A stretch of 64,000 bases of DNA from Carpediemonas membranifera BICM (taxonomy: Eukaryota; Protista; Fornicata), in the NCBI GenBank assembly GCA_019828565.1, contig JAHDYR010000062.1, forward strand, positions 878,421-942,420. Direction: 5' to 3'. Positions 38,801 to 51,094 of this stretch are shown here, piece by piece; the stretch's first letter is position 1; each line of letters opens with the position of its first letter. The position numbers and the translations under genes were made by a program. The notes under the pieces are model-generated. The model searched no databases. It saw only the letters and a program-made list of their open reading frames with translations, and was not told the origin of the DNA.

Positions 38801-39926
38801 CAGCAAGTCACACCCGATGAGAGCCTTGAAGAACTCACCGGGGAGTACGTAGTACTTCCATGTAACCTCCAACGGTGTGACACCTAGTGCTGGGAATGCT
38901 GCCTTAAATGTGACTGCTTGATCTGTCACGAGGGAGCGTCCGTCTCCTAGCGTGACCTTGATCTTTTCCTCGAGAGAGGTCTGCACTGTGTCCTTGGGTA
39001 GGGTACGTAGTGCCTTCGAACTAATGAAGCTTCGGCTTGCACCAGTGTCTACAACGAACGAGTAAGTTTTGCCTTTTACAGTAGCGGGGGTCGTCAGTGG
39101 ACCCTTCCCGCCCTTCTCGTTAGTCGACGCGCTGTCGGCGTTGTTGTTCTCGCTGTAGCGGGGGTGCTTATCGCATCTGAAGTCCATGTGGGGACCGCCA
39201 CAGAAACGACATGGGCGCGACGGCTTCTTGGGTCCGTCGGCCGGCGGGCGCTTGGCCGCGTCCGGGCGGTACTGGGCCTTCCTGGCCTGGGCCGGGGCCT
39301 TGGGTCCGCCGGCCGGGGGTTTGCGAGAGGGGTTGATCATGGTCATACGCCCTAGCAGCCCTAAGAGCCACCGCTACGGTGTCCTCGAAGGTCTTGACGT
39401 TGTGGAGAGCAAGCAAGGTCTGTGCCTTCTTGCGGAATGCTGTCGGGTTCAGGGACTTCCTGAAGAGCCGTGCAGCCAGCTTATCAAAGCTTGCGAGCAG
39501 TTCGTCGGCATTGGGGTTGTCGTCGATGGGGTCCAAGAACCCTTCTGGGTCTGGCGTCTTGGAGTAGAGCTCGATGCGCTTGCGGAATGCTGCCGCTTGT
39601 AGTCTCGTGCCAGCTTCGAAGTTGCGTGCGGTGCTCGGCACCATGGGGAAACGAAGGTCTTGGAGCTCTTCGACGAGTGCTAGGATGGAGTGGGGAAGGA
39701 GCCGCTGGCGACACCATTCGGTGAAGTTCTTGAGAGTGTAGTTCTTGTCGGATGTGTCTATGCCTTCGGCCTTGAGTTCGAGGGCAAATGACTCCTCAAT
39801 GAGGACGGACAGTGGGATGCTTGGGTTTTGTATAGTAAAAATCGTTGCTCGGCGCTCAAACTCCTCAAGAGTCTCTAGTGTTAGATTTGAAGGAGAAAGC
39901 TCAGGAATTTGAACAGTTAACGACAT
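35812..39926 (-). CDS. Gag-Pol of the inner gypsy with a chromodomain integrase (two frame breaks)
   Basis: CRFCGGPHMDFRC, VDTGA, YLDD, ETDAS, H..H..CPIC, VDTIGP/SDGG/VER, GPW, WEVERV...IKWVGF. Confidence 0.92.
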
Positions 39927-39947
39927 CAGCACAGCTAATACTAGTAT

Positions 39948-40029
39948 TGTCGGTTGAAATCATTTACAGTAAACCGCAGCGGGGTAAAAGTGGTCAAAAC
40001 TGGACGGAGCAGTTTATAGACCGGTGACA
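39948..40029 (-). repeat. 5' LTR (82 bp)
   Basis: Identical to 35672-35753; contains TATAAA. Confidence 0.95.
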
Positions 40030-42213
40030 ACACCACCTCTGTTCCGATCAACACCACGGTGAACATCGATGGAACTCCTTGTAACGGGAAACTTGATACG
40101 GGAGCCGATGTTTGCACCATCTCTGCAGCCAAGGCCGAAGAGCTTGCTCTTTCAACCGAAGACTCGAGCCTTGTGATCACATCTGCCGAGAACAAGACCA
40201 TCTCCACTGGTAAGCGCGCTGTCGCCGCCATCACGCTCCCTAGCGTAGACGGACGCCCTGTTACGACCGTCTGGCCCCTCCACGTCATCAAGGGTGACAG
40301 CGGACGAGTCCTCGTTGGTAAGGACCTTCTTGCCCACCTTGGGTACATCGCCAACGACCGCCTGGTCATCATGCCCGCCTCAATGGGCGATCCAGACGAC
40401 CTTGAGGACCACCACATGTTGGACGCCGACCTGGTGGAGGTGTCGACAGACGACGAGTACCTCTCCGTTACGGTGCCAGACGACCACGGGCCCGAGTTCC
40501 AATCTCTGGTCCGTGCTATAGTGGCAGAACGACCTCGCCTGTTCAACGCGACGCTACACCCGGAAGGAAGCGACCTGGAGCCGCATGTGATCGAACTCAC
40601 GTCTTCGACGCCGATCAAGTGCAGGCCCCGCCCCCTTGTTGGGACCCCCGGCTCGGCTGCACAAGCCGAGATCGAGAAGATGCGCCGTCTAGGCATCATC
40701 CGGGACTCGAAATCCTCGTATGCGTCCCCCCACACCATGGCAACCAAGAAAAATGGAGACCCCCGGTTCTGTGTAGCCTACAACGCACTGAACGACGTGA
40801 CCGTTCCGGACGCATTTCCCCTCCCGGACCTTCGCGAGCTCCCACACGAGGCCAGCGGATGCTCTTATTTCGCGAGCCTTGATCTCCGCACCTCATACTG
40901 GCAACAACGGGTCGACCCCGCCTCGATCCCCCTGACCGCCTTCTCGGTCCCAGGTCACCACTATGAGTTTTTGCGCGTACCCTTTGGCCTCACTAACGCC
41001 CCCCGCGAAGTTCCAAAGGGCCATGGAGTCGCTTTTGGAGGGCATCCCCGGTGTCAGAGTCTACATAGACGACATCTTCCTCTTCGCCCGAAGTCAAGAC
41101 GACTACCTTTCAACTCTCAGAACGACCCTCGAACGCCTCGACGACTGTAACCTGCGTCTTCGCGCGGACAAGTGCGTGATCGGCGCTAACCAGGTCGAAG
41201 TATGCGGGTTCGTGATCGACGCGCGTGGCCGCTCCATCGCCCAGTCCCGCGTGGACGCCATCCTTAACCTGCAGCCCCCGACGACCGTCACAGAACTCCG
41301 CCGGACCATGGGGAAGTTCAACCACCTTGCCGCCTACATCCCCACTCTCGCCGCCGCAGCTGCCGAATCCACCGGCCCGCTGAACGACCTCCTGAAAGGG
41401 TCACCCAAGGGCAGCGACAAGCTTCCTTGGACTGAGCAGCATGACAGGGCCTTCGCCCGTATGAAGGAACTGTCCACCAGCCACGAGGCCCTGGCCCTCC
41501 CGGACCTCAACGCCACATGGACCCTCGAGACGGACGCCTCCACGATCGCCTTGGGCGGCGTCCTCTGGCAGCATAAGGACGGCACCAATCGTCCTCTCGC
41601 CTTCTTCTCCAAAACCTTCACGGACACCCAACGCCGATGGGCTACTGTCGAGCAGGAGCTGTACGCAATCGTCTTCTGTGTCACCCGCCCCGAGTTCAGT
41701 AGCCTGCTCAAGCTCAAGCCATTCTCAATCTCAACAGACTACCGGAACTTGGTCTGGCTGTTGATGAAATCAGAGGAGGGCACCCGGAAGCTGACAAGGT
41801 GGCGCCTAATCCTCTCAGAATACCCGTTCGAGATCCGGCACATTCCGGGCTCGTCAAACCTCGTCGCCGACGCCCTATCCAGGCCCCCCGTCCGCGCCAG
41901 CGCGGACGAGTCAACGACGGACGACCATCTCGACACCATCGTCCAGGCGCATGCTGGGAAGTTCGCACACGTCGCGGTCGACCAGACGATCCGCAACCTC
42001 AAGGCCGCCGGCCACTCCTGGAAGTCTATGCGCGACGACGTCGCCACTTATGTGGCCACCTGCCCAGTCTGCCAGAAGCTGAAGGCCCACAAGAAGACCT
42101 CAACCCCCTGGCACTCCACCCAGACCCTGTCCCCATTCGAGTCCGTGCAGATCGACACGATCGGGCCCCTGCCTAACTGCGATGGGTTCGCCCATATCGT
42201 CGTCTTCATCGAT
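40030..42213 (+). CDS. pol: Pol of the outer gypsy (PR, RT, RNase H, partial integrase)
   Basis: LDTGA, YIDD, ETDAS, ADALSR, CPVC, QIDTIGP. Confidence 0.92.
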
Positions 42214-44199
42214 ATCGACATTTTCGAAATACGTGCTCCTCCATCCTACCAAGAGCACTTCAGGCAGTTGAAATGTCCGGTATGGGAAGTTGACGAAACC
42301 AACCGGAAAAAGGCCAAAAGCTGGCAATCGGGATTTATCGGATCTCATTGAAAGCTATTCGAGCTCGAAGCGAGCGACGGTGCCCCGCGGCGCCAGCATC
42401 CACCAAATGGTAATTTCAGGACCAAGAGTTCGTCTGCTCTGGGGCACGAGAGCAGAAATGGGAAGTATTCTCCTAACCCACTAGCCATAGGGCACATTGG
42501 GGAAGCAAATTGCTCCCCGGAGGAGATCGCCCGTAGCGAAGCAGGTTAGCGCCAGAGCGGGCCGGCAGAGGACAACTGGCTGCTCCAGGTGAGGTGCGCA
42601 CCACCTCACCTGGAGCCCACTCCCCTGCCCTGTATACCTCGCCGTGCGCCAAGCTATGTCGAGCAACAGATGATCGTCCTCGTGTGCCCAAAAATGCACA
42701 GAGGCAAAAACCACCCAAAAGGGAATAAGTTAGCCTCGGTAGGAAAGCGTTGACAGAATACACAGTACTCTAACAACAAACAAAACCTACCGCCCATGCT
42801 CCTGGGACCCACAAGGGGACCAGACGCAACTAAACGCTCCTCGCACAAACCCACAAGGGAAATCAACGCGAACAAGCGTACTGCGCCACCTTTATGATTG
42901 AAACCCCTACCGTAACCGGTACCCGCAGTAGGCCCCAGAGGCACTGCGACACGATTGCCTCAGACAACTTAACTGGGGCCATATGGCAAAAGTAACCCGA
43001 GAGCACCGGGACCGGCGGCCAATAGGCTCTCACTGGGAGGCCACTGGGCCACACTACTCCGGCGCCCGTGCTCTCATGCCGCCCAAGACCGGGCTTGTGG
43101 ACGTCATCGCCACGAGAGCCGGGATCGCCGCCCGCCGCCGGCATAGGCAACAGGGCCACCACAACAGGCCCCCAGTACACCAGCCATACCGGACAACAGA
43201 CCGGGAGCGCTGAGGGCCCCGTCCACAGCCCCACAAGAAACGCCCAGCCGAAGCCAAAAGGCATAAACCATCACGGTGTTTACCAGGACTCACAACCTCT
43301 TGGGAGTGACGCGACCCAGGAAGGAAACAACCGGGCTGCGACCACAAGATACAGGACGAGGGGCGTGAATGGCAACCAGCTGGTGCAGCCGGGCGTCTAT
43401 GCGAGCACGAAGGCGCTTATAGACCCGCATTTGGCCCCTCAGCTCAGCGTCGAAACCCCGAGCCGACTTAGACTCGTGGGGACTCAGGTCCTCGTCACGG
43501 TAATTCTGAGCCAGGTAGGAAAAAGCAGCGGCACGCTCCCGCCACCGGCTGGCCAGGACGTCCACCTGGGCAAAATCGTCAGCTATGGTCCGCAGGAAAT
43601 GCGCCTCCCAACCCCGAGGAGTCGCCGGGCCAGGAGTCGGGGACTCCCGAGAAGGAGCGGTGAAGCCCCTGCCGCCACAAGGCAAGGGACTACCCTGGGG
43701 CCCGGAGGGGAATATGGGATCCCCCGTCGGAGTGCGAAGAGGGCCCTGCTTCCCGGGAAAGAGGCGGCGCCCCCGAAATCGGAGTCCAGGCCGTACTCGG
43801 GCCAAGGACTCGATAGGGATCGGAGTGCATAACCCCTGGTAATGCACCCCCCTCTGGGGACCGCTGGGCAGCGGAGGCGCCGGCCGAATGGCCAGGAGGA
43901 GGCGTGAAGGTGGAAGGAGAGATGGAACGGACGCATGGGGAATAAGGGACAGCAGCCCCGTGTGGGGCGATGCTCCCTGTCCCTGCAATAAGGTTCCCTT
44001 TTGGGTTTTCGCCAGACATGTTTTTGTGTGGAAACAAGGTCCGCAACAAACCTCGCATACCTCGCCCCTGAACCATCCGCCCTGAGGAAGGGAAAGGAGC
44101 CATACAAGACCAGGACATCGCTGGCTGGCGCCCCTTGGAACCTCCACCAAACCTCCTCAAGCCCCTCCAAGAAGCTGGCAAAAGTGCACTTCCCGCCTT

Positions 44200-47100
44200 T
44201 TGCCACTCCAAATGGAAACAGGGGAATATCCCAACAGGGACATGCCAGATAGGGAAGAAAGCATGATTTATGGCTTATTCGCCCTTAAGGCTGCACCCAG
44301 AAGGGATCTCAGGAAAACCAGAAGGGAAAAAGCAAATACGTCCATTATCCAGCTCGGCAACGCGATAGGATACGACAAGATTGTAGACCCAGAACAGGGA
44401 AGCTTTACAGCAAAGGAAGGCCCAGGGGAGCTCCGGAAAAGCCGGGCCAAGAAGCTGTTTGCATCACTTCCCCTCCTGAGACGGTACACAAAAGCCGCCC
44501 AACAGCCATACTGGCTATTCATTGAAGGGAACCGGCTGGACCTAGAGCAGGCGGAGACACTAAGCCGGCTTCGCCCAGGGTCCCCCAAATTTGTGTTCTA
44601 CCCCAGAGTCCAGGCGGACTACTCCAAGTACGTAGCACATCCCCACCGGACGAGCCAGACGGCACCAGCTAGTGAGCAACACACCCCATCACTTCTCCCC
44701 GTGGAGGAGGGCCTTGATCTCGGCCGAATCCATAACCGGGACTTTTCGAGACCACGCCACACAATGACCTCGAACAGCTCCCCAAAGCGTCCCAGACGCC
44801 TTGGATTGCGCAAACACCACCCCCAAATGGGATCAAGGAGTCGTTAACGCCACTGGGCAAGCAACTGGCCACACCGGACGAATGGGACTGCATCAGAGCC
44901 TCAGCAGATGCGGCTATTCCCACAAGGGACGTTGCCATGGTCTTCACCAGAGATGACGCAACGGACTTCACTGCCCGAACGGGAAAGGTCGCAAGGACGC
45001 TCCTCCTAGAGCTCGTGGCAACATCGCTGCAAGCTGCAGGACATTCTTCGATCTCAGGCAACGGCATCCAGACCAAGTACGGGATGGAGGCTGCAATGTG
45101 GCTCCTCCATGCCGCCGGACACGCCATCTCCGCGGGAGCTGCAGCCAGAGGGCTCCCCTCACTAGGACGCGAAAACAAGAAGCTCTGGGCCGACCTAGGC
45201 CGGGAACTAGCCAAAGGGCAAGGCTACCACGCCCCTCACCCCCCGGAGGGAGGTTTCCGCAGACCAGACGGCACGCCCATCCAGATCTGGACCCAGGGCC
45301 CCGTCGAGGAGATCCTCATCTACAGCAGAACCGAGGGTGTGATGAGGCCAGTCTTCCCACCCCCACCCCCTGGAAGAAGAGCCTTCGGCAGCAGAGGCAG
45401 ACCTGAGGGAGGAGGTCAGAGACCTCATCCAACGGTGGTCAGTCCCCGGCTTCCCCGAACTCTGGTCGGCATGGGATAAGACCAGGCGTCTCTGGCCCCC
45501 ACCCGCGAGGATTGCCCGCGAACTGGTGTCTGCCTCCTTTCTGACGCGCAACATCACTAACTACTGGCTCACAACGGGGCAGACCCAAGTTATAGAGCCC
45601 GTACGGGACGGGGCATCTCATGGAGCCCTGGGTACTAACGAAGAAGAAACCCCCTGGGCCCGAGCGGCAGCAGGACTTCCGGCCCTGATGACACACCCAC
45701 CACGCCAAACAAGGGCACATGCGGGCCCAGCATGGGAGCTAGCCCGCCTCGTTCCAATATCACCCAACGAGCCAACACCACCAGGCAGTTGATCGCAATG
45801 GTGGACTTTGAGGAAGGAAGAGCCAGATCCAACCAAGGAGACGAGGCCATCATTTGCGAAGGGGCGGCACTGATTTTCGACCCAGCTAACGAGCAAATCC
45901 TCTACTACATGCACGGGATGCTTGGGGAAGACATCACAGTGGATGCCCTGGACCAATGTCTGTGGGCCACGCACTACATCCATGGCTGCCCACCAGCTAC
46001 GTTTGTCGACGTCACCACGGGCAAAGCCCCCAAGGGATACGAAGCAGACTTCCCCCACGCCAAGCGATGGTGCACCGAGATGGCTACAGAGCTGAAGAGA
46101 CTGGAAGACGACTCGGGGCCACAGAAGACCCACGTCCACATCGTGGCTAAGGGAGTCGAGGCTGAGAGAAGCATCCTGACCAGTGAGAAGTTCGTCCCAG
46201 ACGGGAACCTCCGCACCTGGCTAAGCTTACGCCTCATGGATGAAACTGACCTCAACACGATCTTCCCCAACATCCTCGACACGCTGACCTGGTTCTACCC
46301 CCAATAGTGGGGAGAAGAGCCTCACCGGCCTCCCCTCCCGACCCCAGTCCGAACTGGGCCGGACCTGGACCAGAAGGTACCAACAGCGCCCGGAGGCAAA
46401 ATTGGTGTGCCCCTATCACAAGCACGCACCCCACCACTGCCACTGCGCCCTAGCAGATGTCTCCATATTCTACGCCAGACTAGCAACAGCGTTCTGGATG
46501 AGAGACAACCCAGGCTGGGACTGGGGGCAGGTAGAAGCCCACCTCACAGCCCTAGGAAGCATGCTCATGGGCAGGGAGTCGCCGTACCATGATGAATACA
46601 AGGACCTGGCGACCAAAGTCAACGCCAGACACGGCCTCGGCACCGTGGCGGCCGGTCGCCTAACCCCATTGTCCCAACAAGTCAACCTCTTTGGCACCAA
46701 GAACCCCAAACGGGGCCAGATTATCATGACCAACTGGGAGGAAAACGATTTCAGCTCCGGAAAGGGTATCACCAGAGCCCTGGAAGGAACAGCCGTGATC
46801 ATCGGAAACCCAGAATCGCTCGCGAGAGTAGGCGAACCAGCGCGACCCATCCTCCTGGAAATCCACTCGGAGTGGAACGGGCGCCGCCGCGCTGTCCAAG
46901 ACGGTTTCCCTTGGGCGAACCTGAGGGGGAGCCCACGGAAATAGACGCGGAAAAGATGCTTACTCTAGACGTCAGCGACACCAAAACGATGACCCTATCC
47001 CAAGCGGCGTCTTTGATGCCCGTCCACAAATTCGACATAGCTGGAGGCCACATGGGCAGAGAAGCCAGGAAGAAGATCTTCAACTACTTCACGGAGGTCC

Positions 47101-47453
47101 CAGCCGACGATCGAGAACTCCTGGCCAACATGTGTGTCGACCCGGAGACAGGCTCCATCAACTTCCTCCCCTCGTTCCTCCCCCGGGACTGGGGTATCAC
47201 GGATGAACCAGCAGAAAGAGGGAAGAGGCGAGTGGGCACCTTGAGGAGCGCCTCCTGGATAGGCAAACTCGCCCTGGCGGGCTCAGGCGTGGAACACCCA
47301 AAAGGGGGGAAGCCATGGGACACGCTGAACTGTGTTTTCCCGGAAGGCGCCAGCACTAACGCCAAGAACAGACTGAGGACCGAGAGGAAGCAGGCGCTTC
47401 GAACAAAGGTGAGACGAAGGGCTACTGAACTCGCCAAGATGCTCCACAGGAGG
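44200..47453 (+). CDS. LINE-B ORF1 region (fragmented; start uncertain) with a DEDDh-like exonuclease at ~45790-46470
   Basis: MVDFEEG, IICEGAA, THYIHG, VAKGVEAE, CPYH...HCALAD. Confidence 0.65.
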
Positions 47454-47503
47454 CATACTGTAAGAATGGCTAGAGTCTCCCGGGAGATACTCTGGAGATA
47501 CTC
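47454..47503 (+). repeat. Left TIR of element B
   Basis: CATACTGTAAGAATGGCTAGAGTCTCCCGGGAGATACTCTGGAGATACTC. Confidence 0.95.
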
Positions 47504-47789
47504 ATGTGTCAACGCTGGTCAAACCTCGCGATCCAGGCGATCTCAGGCACCTCCAGAACATCTAGAAGGTAGTTATAGAAGCATAAAAGACATGTCTGGC
47601 GTCTTGAAGTATCACATGGTGTCAGTGTTGATAAAAGAGGATAACGCATTTTATGTTGTAAATGTGAAGTGCTCGTTCGAACATGGGATCTTAACAGCGG
47701 TGTTTTATAGCTAATAGCAATGCCCTCTGAAGTTTTCAGCCTCCAGTATCTTCTACTTCCGTATGAATTAATGATTGAATCAAGAGATT

Positions 47790-47895
47790 GAGAAAATGAA
47801 GACTTCCCCACAAAAACCAAACATGGGGGATAATCCATGGGGGTCAAGTACTATCCGTACATACTCAGGTTCTGTGGGGAAGTCTTCATTTTCTC
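47790..47895. repeat. Subterminal palindrome with perfect 23-bp arms and a 60-bp spacer
   Basis: GAGAAAATGAAGACTTCCCCACA at 47790-47812 and its reverse complement at 47873-47895. Confidence 0.9.
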
Positions 47896-48412
47896 GCATT
47901 CGAAAAATCTGCAAAATTTTATCAACGATGAGATGGTCTTGGAAGATTGTGCTAACAACAGAGGTGTAACTAGATCAACAAAGGATCATGGAACCCTTGG
48001 TTTGTCCTAACGCCCGAAACAGTGCCCAAAGAGCTCGTGACACAGGTGAACGCCAGAAAGAAATGAAGTTGCTCAGAGTGTACACCATATTGTCCTAGTT
48101 CCAATACTTTTTACCATTTTCTTCCAGCTGCTTTCGTTGGCGAGTTTCATTTTTTTCTTACCGTTACTTCCGCAGTATCTTGCAAGATTCAGGGGGAAAT
48201 TCAAATTCACTTTTCCTTTGAGGGCAAAGCAGAATTGCGCAATAACGCATCAATGGGTATGAGAAGCATAGAATACGTATAAAACTCAGTGTAGTTGCTG
48301 CTCACAACTTTTTGGAGGAAACAGAGCAGCGGAAGCCCCAAACCAAAAATCTTTCACAAACTCTTGTGAAACTTGTGAAATGTGAAAGTGACTTCAGCAA
48401 AAATTCCTGAGC

Positions 48413-50968
48413 ATGCACATTGTCATACAGACCTTCATTGGCACTGTCTACGACAATACTGGCCCTCCAAGGACTGCAGAGCGTATGAACTACATTCTCG
48501 CTCATACATACCTCTCCCTTGTTGGTATTGGCGGAAATACACAGGATCGAGGCCGCCAGCGCCGAGAATTCCGTGAACTCATCTTGGAAATGGCTAACCA
48601 GGGCCTATTTGCGGACATGGAGGTCGATCCGAGATTTTTCGCCGACCCGCACGACTCTCGACCCTTCTTGCGTGCAGTACGTTCCCATAGAGGAGTCGCC
48701 CCGACCTTCGATGTCTTCGTACGTGACCACGCGCGTATTGCTGTCACCCACGAACGCTTGCGGAGACAGCACGAGGTCTCAACTGAGGAAACTGACAACT
48801 ACAAGCAGATTTTTGGAGCTTGTTTCTATCCTGATGTACATCAAGTCGGGTTGTAACGCAACCCATGAGCTCTTTTAAGCTCATCCGTAGTCTTTCTGCG
48901 CGACTTCATATGCCAATCATCTCCAGCAAGGCTGCTGATATCTTCGTGAAGCAGTTGCAGGTCAATATCACCAAGATCAACGGCCTGGTTGCAGCGCTGA
49001 CTAGACCAGAGGTTGCTTTCTTGGGTCATCTCGTCCCTGTGGAGTCTGTCACAGTCAACACGACCTGGCGGTGGGGCAGAAATGGCACAAAGTCGAGACT
49101 CGAGTGCACCAATCGCCTAACGGTGGACGAGGGTGTCGATATCCAGCCCCTGACGGACGCGGAGAACGTCATTGACTTCAAGTGGGAGAAGCCAATGCTT
49201 GATCTTCACTACGAGACGAGCGATGAGGCCACAAGTCATCGCCCTGAGCTCAAGCAGACCCAGGGAGTCACCCTCGGCAAGCGGCTCAACAGCTCCACAT
49301 GGGACAAGGTTGATCGAGTCTGGTTTGATGCCGTTCGTTACCTCAAGCAAGCTGTTCGCCACCCGGAATGGCTCGAGTCGGACCAGCCCAACTACGTTCG
49401 ATGCAAGAACGCCCTTGGCAACAGGGTTGGAGTCACGTTTAGCCCCATGAAGATCCTACTATGGCTTGACGGGTGGAAAGGGGGTTCTGCTGCCTTCAAG
49501 CTCCGCATCTACGACCCCACAGGCTTCACATTCCCCAACAAGATTACTCCACCTTTCCGTATAGTCGAGTATATGGGTAGCGAGGGTGATTTGTTGATGG
49601 AAGAGTCTCTTTCTCGCGTCGAGAAGGAGATTGAGCGCCTATACACGAGTCAGATACCCATCAGAGACACTGGTGAGGTCACGATCTTCGACCATGTCAT
49701 CGTCATGGGCGATCATGCCGCCCTCCGCCACATGCTGTCCAGAAAGTCGGGCCGGCCCAACTATCCACACCCTTGCAACACGATTTTACCACAAAAAAAG
49801 TAAGGCGCTCCACCCGATAGCAGGCCGCCATCGTCTCACCATCAAGGACAACCTGGACGATAAGACAGCATACCAGGCTGAAGTCGACGACCCGAACCGA
49901 GTTCAAGATGTACTTGCAATCTATGGCGATTTCACCAATGAACGCATGGTGTTCGAGAATTGTAGTGTCATCCCTCTTGAGAAGATCGTCATATGCCCTC
50001 CATTCATGCACGACTCGCACCGTTTACTCGAGCAGGTTGCCCATATCTGTGGTTCTTTCAAGAAGCATCCCACCACCCGCGGGTCCCGCGAGGAGATCAT
50101 CCAGAATAAGCTCCTCAACCTCAAGCTTGGCCGTATGTCGTCCATGCGAAGCATCGATAGGACCGTAGGTTGTAACGAGCAGTCGTCCGCACGTGTAAGG
50201 ATGGCTGCCACGACCCAAGAGGACTTCGTTGCTCTCCCTGAGTGCATTCAAGATATCATTCGGCTCATTGGCTACCTCCAGGCCATGTACTACTCGTCCG
50301 AACCTGTGACTGACGCGGCTGTCGCGTTTCACTTCATGGCTGCCGCAGTGGCCCACCTCATTCACGTCACGATTGCGTTCATTCCTAACAAGGATAAGAC
50401 TTCCATATCCCTGCTATCAAGCAGCGAAGCGAAGACGAAGGAGAAACCGTGCGCTGAGAACCTCTACAGCATCAGCAGACTCACGACGCAGCCCCTGTGC
50501 CACAAGCATCTCAAGGTGCCGCTGTTCTATATCCTAGAGGAGTACTTTGAGCGAGAGTTCATCAAGAACCAGGAGGTAGCAGCCAAGTTGCACAGGAAGG
50601 CAGTCCTTGAGGGCATTTGCTTGATCGAGCAGACAACTCTCGCGTGTTCCTTCCTGACGGGCATGCGTTCTTTTGGTCGGCAGGACTACTCTGTCCCCCA
50701 GCTCCAGCGACTCAAGTGTGTGCGAGTTCACGACTGCTGTAAGGATGCGAAGCATTGGTTTGGTGTCCGCACACTGACCACCGTGACCTTCGAGCCAACT
50801 CGTGAGATGATCCAGACCTTTCAGGAGACTGTTGATGAAGTGTGGGAGTTTGTAGAAGAGCATACGACGCTGACGTGGGGTGAGGAGGGCACGATGTCAT
50901 GCAGTCTGGCGGACCATGGCATAGAGTTAGTTTGCTGCCTGTGTGGAGAGTGTAGCAGACAGAATTGA
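48413..50968 (+). CDS. DDE transposase of element B (~850 aa; frame breaks at ~48810, ~48870, ~49795)
   Basis: The N-terminal piece aligns with the family A N-terminus. LLWLDGW (D at 49468), MGDHAA (D at 49711), PPFMH, RTVGCNEQ, LEEYFEREF (E at ~50549), RVHDCCKDAKHW. Confidence 0.85.
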
Positions 50969-51094
50969 GGCATCCGCGTGATATAAAGTGATGTAAGATG
51001 GTTCCGTGATAAATTCATTCATTTTTCATATGTGCCACTTTTTTTCATGAATGGCACATTTCACATTTCGCAGGTTTCACAAAAGTTTGTGAAA

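Larger units (their letters stand above)
35672..40029 (-). mobile_element. Inner Ty3/gypsy (chromovirus-like) element, complete, 4358 bp
   Basis: Identical 82-bp TG...CA LTRs, ACAC TSD, and a polypurine tract (AAAAAGGGAGG) next to the 3' LTR. Confidence 0.95.
34270..42213 (+). mobile_element. Outer Ty3/gypsy LTR retrotransposon (interrupted by the inner gypsy and by LINE-B)
   Basis: Starts TGT at the junction; gag followed by PR-RT-RH-IN order; the integrase breaks off after VVFID. Confidence 0.88.

Noticed and set aside
39359-39365. CTT AGG G on the minus strand near the gag/pol frame break, resembling the Ty1 +1 site CTT AGG C
   Set aside because: The match is imperfect, the Gag zinc knuckle lies in the downstream frame (favouring a single ORF), and the indel background is high.
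46305-46307. In-frame TAG codons in LINE-B ORF1 (also ~59108), suggesting TAG reassignment
   Set aside because: ORFs of 700-900 codons contain no TAG, and TAG ends several genes. Point mutation or error is more plausible.
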